A stretch of DNA of 64,000 nt from an uncultured Gemmatimonadales bacterium (GTDB lineage: Bacteria > Gemmatimonadota > Gemmatimonadetes > Gemmatimonadales > GWC2-71-9). Under the pieces are notes generated by a model, which had not been told where the DNA came from, made no database searches, and saw nothing but the letters and a program-made list of their open reading frames with translations. The stretch covers positions 992,001 to 1,056,000 of the forward strand of contig CAVOGR010000001.1 in the NCBI GenBank assembly GCA_963695555.1, read 5' to 3'. Each line of letters opens with the position of its first letter. Within the stretch, counting starts at the first letter, position 1. The position numbers were made by a program, and so were the translations under genes. This document shows positions 10,733 to 21,864 of the stretch, in pieces.

Positions 10733-12313
10733 GTGGCCCGAGCCGTTCTCATCTTCGGATTGTTCCTCGCTCCCTTCGTGCGTGGCACGGCGCAGCAGGG
10801 GCTGCCGCGGCTCTGGTCGGTGGACGACCGCGTGATCCTGAGCGACTTCAGCACCATCACGTCGGTCGCGGCCGGTCCCGATCGTGTCGTCGTCACCTCG
10901 CCCACGTCGCTGGTCATTTGGGAACCGCTCATGCGACGGTGGAAAGGGCCATTCGACCCGCCGGACCCGTCCTACCTCAGCGGGGTTTTCGCGTCCCTCC
11001 TCGACCCCATCGATTACTCGGTCTGGCTGGCAAGCCAAAACGGATGGACCCGCTACGACACCAACATCGACGCATGGGATCGCGGTCTCATCCCCGCCCG
11101 GGTGCTGACCATCGCATTCGATCGCGCCAATCCCGGACGCGGGCTTTTCTTCAGAACGTCTGGCGGATGGTTCGAGGTGATGCGTGGAAGCATGATCGCC
11201 TCACCGAATTCTGGGCCACTCGACCCCGAGGTTCCCAAGACCGTGCAGGATGTCCTGCGGGAGAACCCGTGGTTCGAGGCCAATCAGGCCGCCGTCTTGC
11301 GAACGGCACGGTTGGGAACGGCACGATTCACGGTGGCCGCGCGATCCTTCGACCGGCAAGGCTGGTACCTCGGCACCTCGGGGGCCGGGTTGCTCTACGC
11401 AGAGGAAGGGACGGCAATCCCGACGCCGCTTTCGTTCGGCTTGCCCAGCGAACGAGTCGGTGCTGTGTTTGACGGGCCGGGCGGAGTGTGGGTCGCCACC
11501 GATCGTACGGTCTCGTCCGAGGCGACCATCACCTTTGTCGATCGACGCCTCACCGAGTTCAAACCGCTCGACGAATCGGCGGTGTTTGGCGTGCGCTTCA
11601 ACCAAGCAACTCACATGGTGGGACGCGACGCCTTTCTCTGGGTTGCGAGCGATCTCGGCGTTGTCCGGGTTGGCACCGATGGTCGTACGGCTGATGTGTT
11701 CGACGAAAGCCGCGGCATTCCCGATCGGCGCATCTTGTCCCTCGCGGCCCGGCGCGGGACGATCGCAGTCGGCACCGCACGAGGTCTCGCGGTCATTACC
11801 GACTCGCTCGAGGTCCGGCGGGTAGCGCCTGACTTCGCGGGCAGAGCCTTCGCCGTTGCCATTGGGGGCGACACGCTATGGGTTGGGACCGGTCTCGGGA
11901 TGTTCCTGGCACTGCCGGAGTCTCCGGATCTGGAGCGGCCTGTGGGGCTCGGGCCCGAGCCGAGCCTGCGCCAGCCTGTCGTGGACCTCGATTGGCTCGC
12001 CGACACGCTCGTTGCGCTGACCCCGGATCACCTCATGTGGCGCGACCCCATCACGGGCATCTGGACTCTGGGTCCGCTGCTTTCGCCTCAGTTGGGAAGG
12101 CTCAGAACCCTGCTTCCAGATCGTGGTGGCATGTGGGTCGCCGGCGACCGCGGCGTGGGCGCTGCCACGCTCGCGACGCCGTCTCCACGGACACTCCTGG
12201 TGGGTCGCGACCTTCCCGGCGAGGTGACCGATCTTGCGGTTGACGATGAGTTTCTGTGGGTGGCTACGGTGCGGGGCCTGGTGCGGTGGCGACTGGAGGC
12301 GGTGCGGCCGTGA
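10733..12313 (+). CDS. Exported beta-propeller-like hypothetical protein
   Basis: Signal-peptide-like N-terminus; repeated (L/V)W(V/L)(A/G)(T/S)xxG blades; coupled to nnr and thiL. Confidence 0.7.
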   Translation: MARAVLIFGLFLAPFVRGTAQQGLPRLWSVDDRVILSDFSTITSVAAGPDRVVVTSPTSLVIWEPLMRRWKGPFDPPDPSYLSGVFASLLDPIDYSVWLASQNGWTRYDTNIDAWDRGLIPARVLTIAFDRANPGRGLFFRTSGGWFEVMRGSMIASPNSGPLDPEVPKTVQDVLRENPWFEANQAAVLRTARLGTARFTVAARSFDRQGWYLGTSGAGLLYAEEGTAIPTPLSFGLPSERVGAVFDGPGGVWVATDRTVSSEATITFVDRRLTEFKPLDESAVFGVRFNQATHMVGRDAFLWVASDLGVVRVGTDGRTADVFDESRGIPDRRILSLAARRGTIAVGTARGLAVITDSLEVRRVAPDFAGRAFAVAIGGDTLWVGTGLGMFLALPESPDLERPVGLGPEPSLRQPVVDLDWLADTLVALTPDHLMWRDPITGIWTLGPLLSPQLGRLRTLLPDRGGMWVAGDRGVGAATLATPSPRTLLVGRDLPGEVTDLAVDDEFLWVATVRGLVRWRLEAVRP

Positions 12314-13272
12314 GGCACTTTGCCCTCGGACCCGGCTCTGAATTCGATCACATTCGCGCCATCGTCGGTCTCCTGGGTGATCGAGCGGGTCAATCGGGTG
12401 ACGACTGCGCCGTCGTACGCCGACCCGATGGTTTCCTGGTGCTCAGCACCGACCTTTCGATCGAGCGGTATCATTTCCAGCGTGAGTGGCTCAGTTTCGA
12501 GGAGATCGGGTGGCGCGCCGCCGCGAGTGGTCTGTCAGACCTGGCCGCGGAAGGCGCCGAGCCTCTTGGATTGTTGGCAAGCGTAGCCGTGCCGAAGGGC
12601 GAGGCGGGGGCGACGGAGCGGATCATGGCAGGCGTAGGCGCGCTCGCGGCTGATGCCGGCACCATGGTGCTGGGAGGCGACCTGAGCGCCGGCCCCGCTA
12701 TCATCGTCGACGTCGTGGCGGTCGGGCACACCACACGCCCCATCACGCGAGCGGGTGCCAAGCCTGGTGACGGGCTGTGGGTGACCGGCACGCTCGGCGG
12801 GGCCCGTGCGGCCCTCGATGCGTGGCGTGACGGGAGGGAGCCTGTGCCGGTTGCGCGGGAGCGATTTGCCCGGCCCGTGCCCCGCCTGGCTTCCGGCCGG
12901 TGGCTCGCGGCGCACGGCGCCCGAGCGATGATCGATCTGAGCGATGGGCTGGTGGGAGACGCGAGGCACGTGGCGGCAGCGTCCGAGGTGGGGCTCCGCA
13001 TCCACCTCGAGCAGATCCCGGTCGATTCGTCGGTGGTCGCCGAGGTGGTCGAGCGGGGCGCACAGGCCCAATGCTATGCGGCCGAGGGCGGTGAGGACTA
13101 CGAGCTGTTGGTGGCCTTGCCGCCGGAGTTCGGCGCGGCGGAAGCGCACGAGTGTCAGCGTGAATGCGGGGCCGTGCTCACTCGAATCGGAGACGTCGTC
13201 ACGGGCGGAGCAGTGCGGTGCACGCTCGCGGGCGTGCCGCAGAAGCTCGATGGCTTCGATCACTTTGGCTGA
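12310..13272 (+). CDS. thiL: Thiamine-monophosphate kinase
   Basis: GDDCA, SDLAA, GGD, DLSDGL, GGEDYELL, GFDHF; GTGA overlap. Confidence 0.95.
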   Translation: MRHFALGPGSEFDHIRAIVGLLGDRAGQSGDDCAVVRRPDGFLVLSTDLSIERYHFQREWLSFEEIGWRAAASGLSDLAAEGAEPLGLLASVAVPKGEAGATERIMAGVGALAADAGTMVLGGDLSAGPAIIVDVVAVGHTTRPITRAGAKPGDGLWVTGTLGGARAALDAWRDGREPVPVARERFARPVPRLASGRWLAAHGARAMIDLSDGLVGDARHVAAASEVGLRIHLEQIPVDSSVVAEVVERGAQAQCYAAEGGEDYELLVALPPEFGAAEAHECQRECGAVLTRIGDVVTGGAVRCTLAGVPQKLDGFDHFG

Positions 13273-13302
13273 CCGAGACCTCTCGGCGTGGACTCGCGTC
13301 CG

Positions 13303-14948
<1,646 letters not shown>

Positions 14949-14952
<4 letters not shown>

Positions 14953-14978
14953 CGCCGGCGCCGCGCCTGGGGTAGGAT
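14949..14978 (+). promoter_or_regulatory. Putative sigma70 promoter of tRNA-Met
   Basis: TTGACG-18 nt-TAGGAT, ending 9 nt before the tRNA. Confidence 0.6.
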
Positions 14979-14987
14979 GTGGCGCTC

Positions 14988-15061
<74 letters not shown>

Positions 15062-15275
15062 CTCCTGAGTTCCGATTCACCCCGCCTGACCGAATCCCTT
15101 CCTCGCAGAATTCCGTGGCGCGCTATATTAGCTACCCGCGCGGGCCGGAGGGCTGTCCCGAGCCCGCCGCCAGTCGCATAGGAACCGTGAGCCCGTGAAT
15201 CTCCGAGCGACGTGAAGAAATGGTAGGCGCACCGGCGAGCGGAGCAGACCTCACATCACTAGGGTGGTGCAGAAT

Positions 15276-15881
15276 ATGACTGCGAGCAAACACAAAGCAG
15301 GCCGGGCCTCGTCCCAGGCCCCGAGTCGTCGCTCCGAGTCTGATGAGGACGGGGCAGGCGGGAACATCGATAAGATCCGGGACATCATTTTCGGCAGCCA
15401 GATGCAGGAGTACGACCGGCGTTTCCGTGCGCTGGAGGACCGGCTCCTTAAGGCCTCAGCCGATCTCAGGACAGACCTCGACAAACGGGTGTCCACGCTC
15501 GAGTCCTACTTCCGGAAGGAACTCGAATCGCTCGGGGCGAGCCTCAAGACCGAACAGCAGAGCCGGGCGTCGTCCCTGGAAGAAGCTGTGGCCAAACTCG
15601 CCGAGCTGCGAAAACACGCCATGCAGCAGCTCACGACCGTCGCCAACGAGGCCGCTGAGCGCGATCGAGACTTGCGCGGCCAGCTCGAGGAGCGCGCACA
15701 ATCGTTGAGCCGAGAGATTCAGGACAAAGTGTCGGCCCTCACCCTGGAGCTCAAACGTGAGGCGGATGAGCTGAGGCAGGGCAAGACCGATCGGACCGGG
15801 TTGGCAGCGCTCCTGAGTGAGATGGCGCTCCGGCTCGCGGAGGAGGCTCCACCCAAGGATCATGGGCGAAAGAAAGGCTGA
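15276..15881 (+). CDS. Coiled-coil protein, first gene of the Rab-like GTPase operon
   Basis: IDKIRDIIFG followed by long heptad-rich helix ending K-x-DR-x-x-LA-x-LL-x-EMA-x-RL; start may be 15264 or 15276. Confidence 0.8.
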   Translation: MTASKHKAGRASSQAPSRRSESDEDGAGGNIDKIRDIIFGSQMQEYDRRFRALEDRLLKASADLRTDLDKRVSTLESYFRKELESLGASLKTEQQSRASSLEEAVAKLAELRKHAMQQLTTVANEAAERDRDLRGQLEERAQSLSREIQDKVSALTLELKREADELRQGKTDRTGLAALLSEMALRLAEEAPPKDHGRKKG

Positions 15882-17631
15882 CACCTTGACCGACGGGCGT
15901 GAGATTCCCGATCCAGAGGGGGACGGCGACAACGGAGCGTTCGGAGAGGCGCGACGGCTGGAGGAGCTGAGAACACTCCTCCGCGGCCCCGACTGGGACA
16001 AGGTGGTCGAGCTCCGCGAGCGGCTCAGCGATCCGGAGAAGTACGCGGAGGATGTCGGGCGCGCCTTGCCGTCCGCCGTGACCCTGAGTCGAGGCCAGGA
16101 TCAGCGCCTCGAGCAATCCCTGAGTCCGATCGTGGCGGAGTCGTTCAAGGACACGGTCCGTCGCGATCCGCGTACCTTCGCCGACGCCATCTTTCCCGTC
16201 ATCGGGCCCGCGATCCGGAAATACATCGCGAACGCGCTCGCCGGAATCGTCCAGTCGATCAACCAGGGCCTGAACAACACCTTCACCCCCCGAGGCCTCC
16301 GGTGGCGCTGGGAAGCCTTCCGCACCGGCACGTCGTTCGGAGAGATCGCCCTCCGACACAGCCTGGTCTACCGGGTGGAGCAGGTGTACCTGATTCACAA
16401 GGAGACCAGTCTCCTGCTCGAGCATGTGGTCGCGGAGAACATCGAAGCCCAATCGCCGGACATGGTGGCCGCGATGCTCACGGTCATCCAGGACTATTTC
16501 AAGGATTCGTTCCACGCGGCTCCGGGTGAAACATTCGATGCGCTGAGCGTGGGCGATGTCAGCGTGTGGGTCGAAGTAGGCCCAGAGGCGATCTTGGCGG
16601 CTGTCATCCGTGGCCAGGCCCCGGTAGGGTTGCGCGAGGAATTCGAGGCGGCGCTGGAAGACATCCACGCCACTCACCGCGTGCCCCTGGAGTCCTTCGA
16701 CGGCGATGCGGGCGCCTTTGCAACCGCTCGCCCGCGCCTCGAGGAGTGCCTTCATTCCAAGCTCGCCGAGCCGGTCGCACGGCCGCCCTGGTTTGCGCTT
16801 GCCCTCATCTCGGTGGTGGTGCTCCTCGTTGCCTGGTGGGCCATTCCCCGGATCATCGAGAGCCGTCGGTGGCATGCCTATCAGGTTCGGCTCCAAGACG
16901 AGCCGGGAGTCGTTGTCACTCAGGTCGGGCAGCGCGACGGGAAGCGGTATGTCGCCGGGTTGCGTGATGCCTTGGCACCCGATCCTCAGATGTTCCTCGA
17001 CACGGTTGGGCTCGACCCCGAGCGGGTAGAGAGCCGGTGGGATCCCTACATTTCGCTCCTGCCCGACCTCATCCTGCGCCGCGCGCGGGCCAGCCTCGAT
17101 CCGCCCGCCGGGTTGGATCTTTCCTTGCGCGATGGGGTCCTCATCGCGACCGGGTCGGCTCCGACGGACTGGATCGACCGGGCGCGCCACGTTGCGCCGA
17201 CCATTCCGGGGGTGGTCGGATTCGAGGTTTCGGATCAGGTGCTGAGCGGCCTCGCGGCCGAAATCCAACGTCGGTCGGTACTCTTTGCGGTTGGCAGTGA
17301 CACCCCGAATATTCCGGAAGCCGTCGAGGAGATCGCCGGTCAGGTGAGAGCGCTGGACGTGGCGGCGCGGGCCCGGGGCCGGAGCGTGACCGTCGAAGTG
17401 CGTGGCTCGACGGACGACCTGGGAGACTCGCTCTCCAACGCCCGCTTGGCCTTGGCGCGGGCGCAACGGGTCCGTGCCATGTTGCTGGCGGCCGGCGTCG
17501 GCCGGGCAGAGGTGCGTGCCATGCGCGAGCCGCTCGCCCCGCCAACCGATCCGGGTGACGCGGTCCGGGCCAGATACCGCCGGGCCTCATTCTCGATCAT
17601 TCTCAATACCGGTTCCGAGGGATCGCCGTGA
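15862..17631 (+). CDS. Membrane protein: helical repeats + roadblock/longin-like domain + TM + BON-like + OmpA-like domain
   Basis: VEQVYLIHKET...DMVAAMLTVIQDYFKDSF; TM WFALALISVVVLLVAWW; C-terminal GSTD, NARLALARA, RRASF. Confidence 0.8.
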   Translation: MGERKADTLTDGREIPDPEGDGDNGAFGEARRLEELRTLLRGPDWDKVVELRERLSDPEKYAEDVGRALPSAVTLSRGQDQRLEQSLSPIVAESFKDTVRRDPRTFADAIFPVIGPAIRKYIANALAGIVQSINQGLNNTFTPRGLRWRWEAFRTGTSFGEIALRHSLVYRVEQVYLIHKETSLLLEHVVAENIEAQSPDMVAAMLTVIQDYFKDSFHAAPGETFDALSVGDVSVWVEVGPEAILAAVIRGQAPVGLREEFEAALEDIHATHRVPLESFDGDAGAFATARPRLEECLHSKLAEPVARPPWFALALISVVVLLVAWWAIPRIIESRRWHAYQVRLQDEPGVVVTQVGQRDGKRYVAGLRDALAPDPQMFLDTVGLDPERVESRWDPYISLLPDLILRRARASLDPPAGLDLSLRDGVLIATGSAPTDWIDRARHVAPTIPGVVGFEVSDQVLSGLAAEIQRRSVLFAVGSDTPNIPEAVEEIAGQVRALDVAARARGRSVTVEVRGSTDDLGDSLSNARLALARAQRVRAMLLAAGVGRAEVRAMREPLAPPTDPGDAVRARYRRASFSIILNTGSEGSP

Positions 17632-18128
17632 CGCTCATTCAGAAGAAGGTCTGTATGCTGGGTGCGAGCCGCGTGGGGAAGACCAGCCTGGTGCGGCGGT
17701 TCGTCGAGAGCCTGTTCTCCGAGAAGTACCATCAAACGGTCGGTGTGAAAATCGATCGCAAGGTCGTGGCCGTCGCGAACGACACCGTCGGGCTCATGCT
17801 CTGGGACCTGCAGGGCGAAGCCGAGGATCAGGCGTTCCGTCCCCAATACCTGCGCGGCGCGGCCGGGCTCCTGGCAGTCGCCGATGGGACCAATGCGGCC
17901 ACGCTCGAACCCGCCCTCCGGCTCGTTGAGACCGCCCGCACTGCCCTCGGCGTCGTGCCCCACGTGCTGCTGCTCAACAAGAGGGATCTCGAGGCGGAAT
18001 GGGCGGTTTCCGACGCGGAGCTGGCCCGGCTCCAGAAGGAGGGTCACGCGGTGCTCATGACGAGTGCCAAGACGGGCGAAGGGGTCGAGGAGGCCTTCAG
18101 GCTCCTCACCGAGAAGATGCTCGCATAA
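17628..18128 (+). CDS. Rab/Ras-like small GTPase (Rup-type)
   Basis: G1 GASRVGKTS, G2 YHQTVG, G3 WDLQG, G4 NKRD, G5 TSAKT; 166 aa; GTGA overlap. Confidence 0.92.
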   Translation: MTLIQKKVCMLGASRVGKTSLVRRFVESLFSEKYHQTVGVKIDRKVVAVANDTVGLMLWDLQGEAEDQAFRPQYLRGAAGLLAVADGTNAATLEPALRLVETARTALGVVPHVLLLNKRDLEAEWAVSDAELARLQKEGHAVLMTSAKTGEGVEEAFRLLTEKMLA

Positions 18129-18281
18129 CACGCCTCGCGCCTGTCAGGCTCCCCCCGCGGTCTCATTTCCAGAAAGCCCGTCCGGCATTCGGATCATCGT
18201 ACTTCGTCCATCACATCACATGATGCAGGTAACATCCTCTCCTGTATTCTCTTACATGAGTTGACGGCGATCCCATTTTGG

Positions 18282-18297
18282 TGGCCCCGCGCTTGCC
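18282..18297 (+). promoter_or_regulatory. Putative sigma54 (-24/-12) promoter
   Basis: TGGCCCCGCGCTTGCC has GG-N10-GC spacing; preceded by an AT-richer stretch. Confidence 0.4.
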
Positions 18298-18338
18298 CTT
18301 TAGCTATGGCAACTGGGCAAACGAATCGGGGGCATGGC

Positions 18339-18746
18339 GTGAAGAACCTGTTCAATCAAGTTGCTGGGCGGATGGGAGTGCCATCGGGAGACACAGGTGA
18401 CCCCACGAGTCTCGGGCAGCTCCTGCTCGGGATGATCGGTTCGGAGCAGGGCGCGCTTGCCGGCCTCACCAAGCTATTTCATGACCAGGGGCTTGGCGAC
18501 GTCGTCGATTCCTGGGTCGGCAGCGGAGTGAAGCGGCCGATTTCGGCCGAGCAGGTCCGACAGGTTCTCGGGGAGGAACGGTTGGCGGCATTGGGCAAGG
18601 GAGCCGGTCTAGCCCCGGAGAATGTGGCGACCGGGCTGGCTGCCCTCCTGCCGAGAGCGGTGAGTTCGCTCGTGTCCGGAGGTCACAGTAGCGAGGCCGG
18701 GTCAGTCCCTCGGATGCAGACCCCCCTAGCGAAAAAGCCGCGATGA
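18339..18746 (+). CDS. YidB/DUF937 family protein
   Basis: GLGDVVDSWVGSG, PISAEQV, LAALLP. Confidence 0.8.
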   Translation: MKNLFNQVAGRMGVPSGDTGDPTSLGQLLLGMIGSEQGALAGLTKLFHDQGLGDVVDSWVGSGVKRPISAEQVRQVLGEERLAALGKGAGLAPENVATGLAALLPRAVSSLVSGGHSSEAGSVPRMQTPLAKKPR

Positions 18747-18932
18747 TATGAACTTAAGGGGCAAACCGCCCGGGGCCGCGGGCGGGAGGCGGGTTGCCGG
18801 AACAGTGTCGGGCGCCTGTCAGTGAACGCCCCTTCATGCTGCATTCAGGAACGAGTCAGTACGGAAGGGCACAGTGTGGTGATTCGTGCCACGGTTCCTT
18901 CGCGGCCAGTCTAACCCGTTCAGGAGAACGCA

Positions 18933-20308
18933 ATGATAGCTCGTTTGGTTGGTCTGTGTGGGGCAGCCGTGCTGTTCTTGGCTGCGCCGCTCGCAGCCCA
19001 GAAAGCAGGAACGATCGAGCTGGGATTCTTCGGTCGCTACACCAACTTCGACCAGTCCCTGCAGGTGGCGGATGGTGGTGGCGCCGGTGGTCGGCTCGGC
19101 ATCTTCGTCGCGCGGAATCTGGAACTCGAAGGGGATGCCTCGTACTCGTCCCTGCCGCGTGAAGGTGGGATCGGCGGACATCTGTCCGCAGTGCCGATTC
19201 ACGCCCGCTTGCTCTACAACTTCCCGGTCGGCCGAGCACTCCGCCTTTCTGCTCGGCGGGGGCTGGACCCACAATGAATACGGCAAGTCGTACAAGGCGA
19301 AGGATGACGGGTTTGGCGGTCTCGCAGGCGTGCGGCTGGGAATGGGTGGCACTGGTGTCCATTCGGTTGGACATCACCGCCGACTACATGAGCTCGCCGG
19401 CCGTCGACACCATCTTCGCCGACGTCGACAACTGGAACTACGGCGTGCAGGCCGGCTTGAGCCTGCTCACCGGCCAGGGGCCACGGGATTCGGATCGTGA
19501 CGGTATCACCGACGAGTTCGACCGGTGTCCCAACACCCCGCGTGGCGCTGTGGTGGACTCCAACGGCTGTCCCGACAGCGACGGAGACGGTGTCTTCGAT
19601 CTGACGGATCAGTGTGCCAATACGCCGGCCGGTGACCGCGTCGATGCCCGCGGCTGCTCGTTGCCCAAGGATGCAGACGGCGACGGCGTGGTGGATTCGG
19701 CCGATCGCTGCCCGAACACACCGGCTGGTGACGCGGTTGATGCGAACGGCTGCTCGTTGCCCAAGGATGCCGATGGCGACGGTGTGGTGGATTCGGCCGA
19801 TCGCTGCCCGAACACCCCACGTGGTACGGCGGTGGACGCCAGTGGCTGCCCGATTCCGCAGGACTCCGATAACGACGGCGTGAACGACGACCGCGACCGC
19901 TGCCCGGGCACGCCCGCCGGGGTCCAAGTCGACGCCGTAGGCTGCCGGATCCTGTTCCAGGAGCGGCAGACCACCTTGATTCTCGAGGGCGTGAACTTCG
20001 AGACTGGCAAGTCCGCTCTGACGGATGCCGCCCGAGCGATCCTGCTCACCGTGGCGCAGTCGTTGGTTGCCAACCCGGATATTCGGGTGGAGGTCGGTGG
20101 CCACACGGACATCACCGGTTCCCGGGCCTTGAACATGCGGTTGTCGCAAGCCCGTGCTGAATCGGTGCAGCAGTTCCTGACTCAGAACGGCGTGAGTGCC
20201 AATCGGCTCTCGGCTCGAGGGTATGGGCCGGACAAGCCGGTCGCCACGAACAACACGCGCGCGGGTCGGGCGCAGAACCGTCGGGTGGAGCTTACCCGTC
20301 AGAACTAG
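18933..20308 (+). CDS. OmpA family protein (beta-barrel + TSP3-like repeats + OmpA C-domain), two apparent frameshifts
   Basis: Signal peptide and barrel strands span three frames with extra bases near 19230 and 19351; DxDxDG...C repeats; VNFETGK, GHTD, LSQARA, NRRVE. Confidence 0.88.
19487..19944 (+). repeat. Five thrombospondin type-3-like Ca-binding repeats
   Basis: D-x-D-x-DG-x-x-D-x-x-D-x-C-x-x-TP five times; units at 19652 and 19748 are near-identical in DNA, period 96 nt. Confidence 0.9.
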
Positions 20309-20323
20309 GAAGTAGTGGGGCCG

Positions 20324-20359
20324 GGTTGCATCGGATCTCATCTGAGGTCCGATGCAACC
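20324..20359 (+). terminator. Long stem-loop after ompA
   Basis: GGTTGCATCGGATCTCA / TGAGGTCCGATGCAACC inverted repeat (one G-U); no U tract. Confidence 0.6.
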
Positions 20360-20549
20360 GCGGCACCGCCCCCAATCCCACATTCGCTGGCAGCTGGAAC
20401 ACGTTGCTCACCGTAACGCGCGGGGCAACATGCAAGGTGGAGTGTGCGTAGGGCAGGGACAACGCGGGGCTCTGAGCCGGGCAACCGGCAATGCCGTGAG
20501 TCCGTACAGCGATTGAGGATCGACAACGAACGTTCGACAAGGAGATTGA

Positions 20550-21296
20550 ATGATGAGGCAGTTTGTGCGTGGATGTGCGTTGGGGGTCGCCCTCTTGGTG
20601 GGTGCGCTCCCGTCGGTGGCTCGCGGGCAGGACGAGCCCCCGCCGCCGGTCCAATTCACCGGTGACCTGGGTTTTGTCAACACGGCTGGCAACAGCGAAG
20701 TCACCACCTTGAACGTCGGCGAGCGCCTGACCTACCGGACGGACGGGTGGGTGTTGAGCGAGTTCTTCAACATTATTTACGGCAAGACGGATGGAACGGA
20801 GAGCACTAGCCTCTGGAAGGCCGGAGTGCGGGTGGACCGGGACATTACCCCGCGCCTGGCCGCGTACGCATTTGCCGGCTGGGAGCGCAACAAATTCGCC
20901 GGGATCTCACGCCGTTTCGACGAAGGCGTGGGGCTGGCGTACAAGGTGCTCATGGGTCCGAAGAGCGTGCTCGACTTCGAGGCCGGCGTCGCATTGAACC
21001 AACAACGCTCGACCCTCGTCGGTGCGGCAGACAACAACTTCACGTCCGGCCGGGCCGCAGGCCTCTATCGCTACAACTTCTCGGAATCGGCCTTTATCAG
21101 CCAGCTAGTGGAGTTCTTGCCGAATTTCGAGCTGTCGGACGATTACCGGGTCAATAGCGAGACTGCGCTCGTCGCGTCATTATCGAAGTCGATCGCACTC
21201 AAATTGGGATATGTCATTCGCTTTGATAACCTGCCGGAGCCGGGGTTCAAGGATACCGATCGCATCTTCACGAGCGGCATCCAGGTGAACTTCTAG
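20550..21296 (+). CDS. DUF481 (YdiY-like) outer-membrane beta-barrel
   Basis: Signal peptide, GNSE, amphipathic strands, terminal Phe; AAGGAG RBS. Confidence 0.85.
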   Translation: MMRQFVRGCALGVALLVGALPSVARGQDEPPPPVQFTGDLGFVNTAGNSEVTTLNVGERLTYRTDGWVLSEFFNIIYGKTDGTESTSLWKAGVRVDRDITPRLAAYAFAGWERNKFAGISRRFDEGVGLAYKVLMGPKSVLDFEAGVALNQQRSTLVGAADNNFTSGRAAGLYRYNFSESAFISQLVEFLPNFELSDDYRVNSETALVASLSKSIALKLGYVIRFDNLPEPGFKDTDRIFTSGIQVNF

Positions 21297-21354
21297 GGTG
21301 GCAGGACTTGGTTCCTGGAGCAGCGTGTGGTTCGCGCAGAAGGAGGTTCGTGCG

Positions 21355-21759
21355 GTGGCTAGTTTGGGAACGATTGACGGTGTTGGACCGCAGGGTGCGC
21401 GGAAGCTACGGGCAGCAGGCATTCGCACCACCCATTCGCTTCTCGGGAAGGGTGCGACGCGACAGGGCCGGAGGGAGATTTCCGCACAGTGTGGACTCAC
21501 GGAAATGCAGGTCCTCCAGCTGGTCAATCACGCCGATCTCTTTCGCATTCGAGGGGTGGGCCGAGAATACGTCGAGCTGCTCGAAGCTGCCGGCGTCTCG
21601 ACCGTGGTCGATCTTTCGTTGCGAACTGCCGACACTTTGCACCAGAGGCTGATGAAGGTGAACACCAAGCGGCAGCTGGTGCGCAAGGTCCCGACCTTGG
21701 CCCAGGTCCGTGTCTGGGTCTCATCCGCCAAGCAATTGCCACGGGCGGTGAAGTACTAG
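21355..21759 (+). CDS. DUF4332 domain protein
   Basis: IDGVG, ADLFRIRGVG-x-x-Y-x-ELL-x-x-AGV; AGGAGG RBS 8 nt before GTG. Confidence 0.85.
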   Translation: MASLGTIDGVGPQGARKLRAAGIRTTHSLLGKGATRQGRREISAQCGLTEMQVLQLVNHADLFRIRGVGREYVELLEAAGVSTVVDLSLRTADTLHQRLMKVNTKRQLVRKVPTLAQVRVWVSSAKQLPRAVKY

Positions 21760-21864
21760 CACGTCAATGTTGTCTCGAAGCATCCACGGCCTCAAGGAGT
21801 GGCGCATGCGCTTCTTGGGGCCGTGCCGCATACCTTTCTGTGGTATCTCCAAGGGGGCCGGGAC

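Noticed and set aside
19487..19944. Periodic repeats as a CRISPR array
   Set aside because: They are in-frame coding repeats with no unique spacers and no cas genes
20390..20410. Sigma54 promoter upstream of the DUF481 gene
   Set aside because: TGGAACACGTTGC has GG-N8-GC spacing, not the required N10
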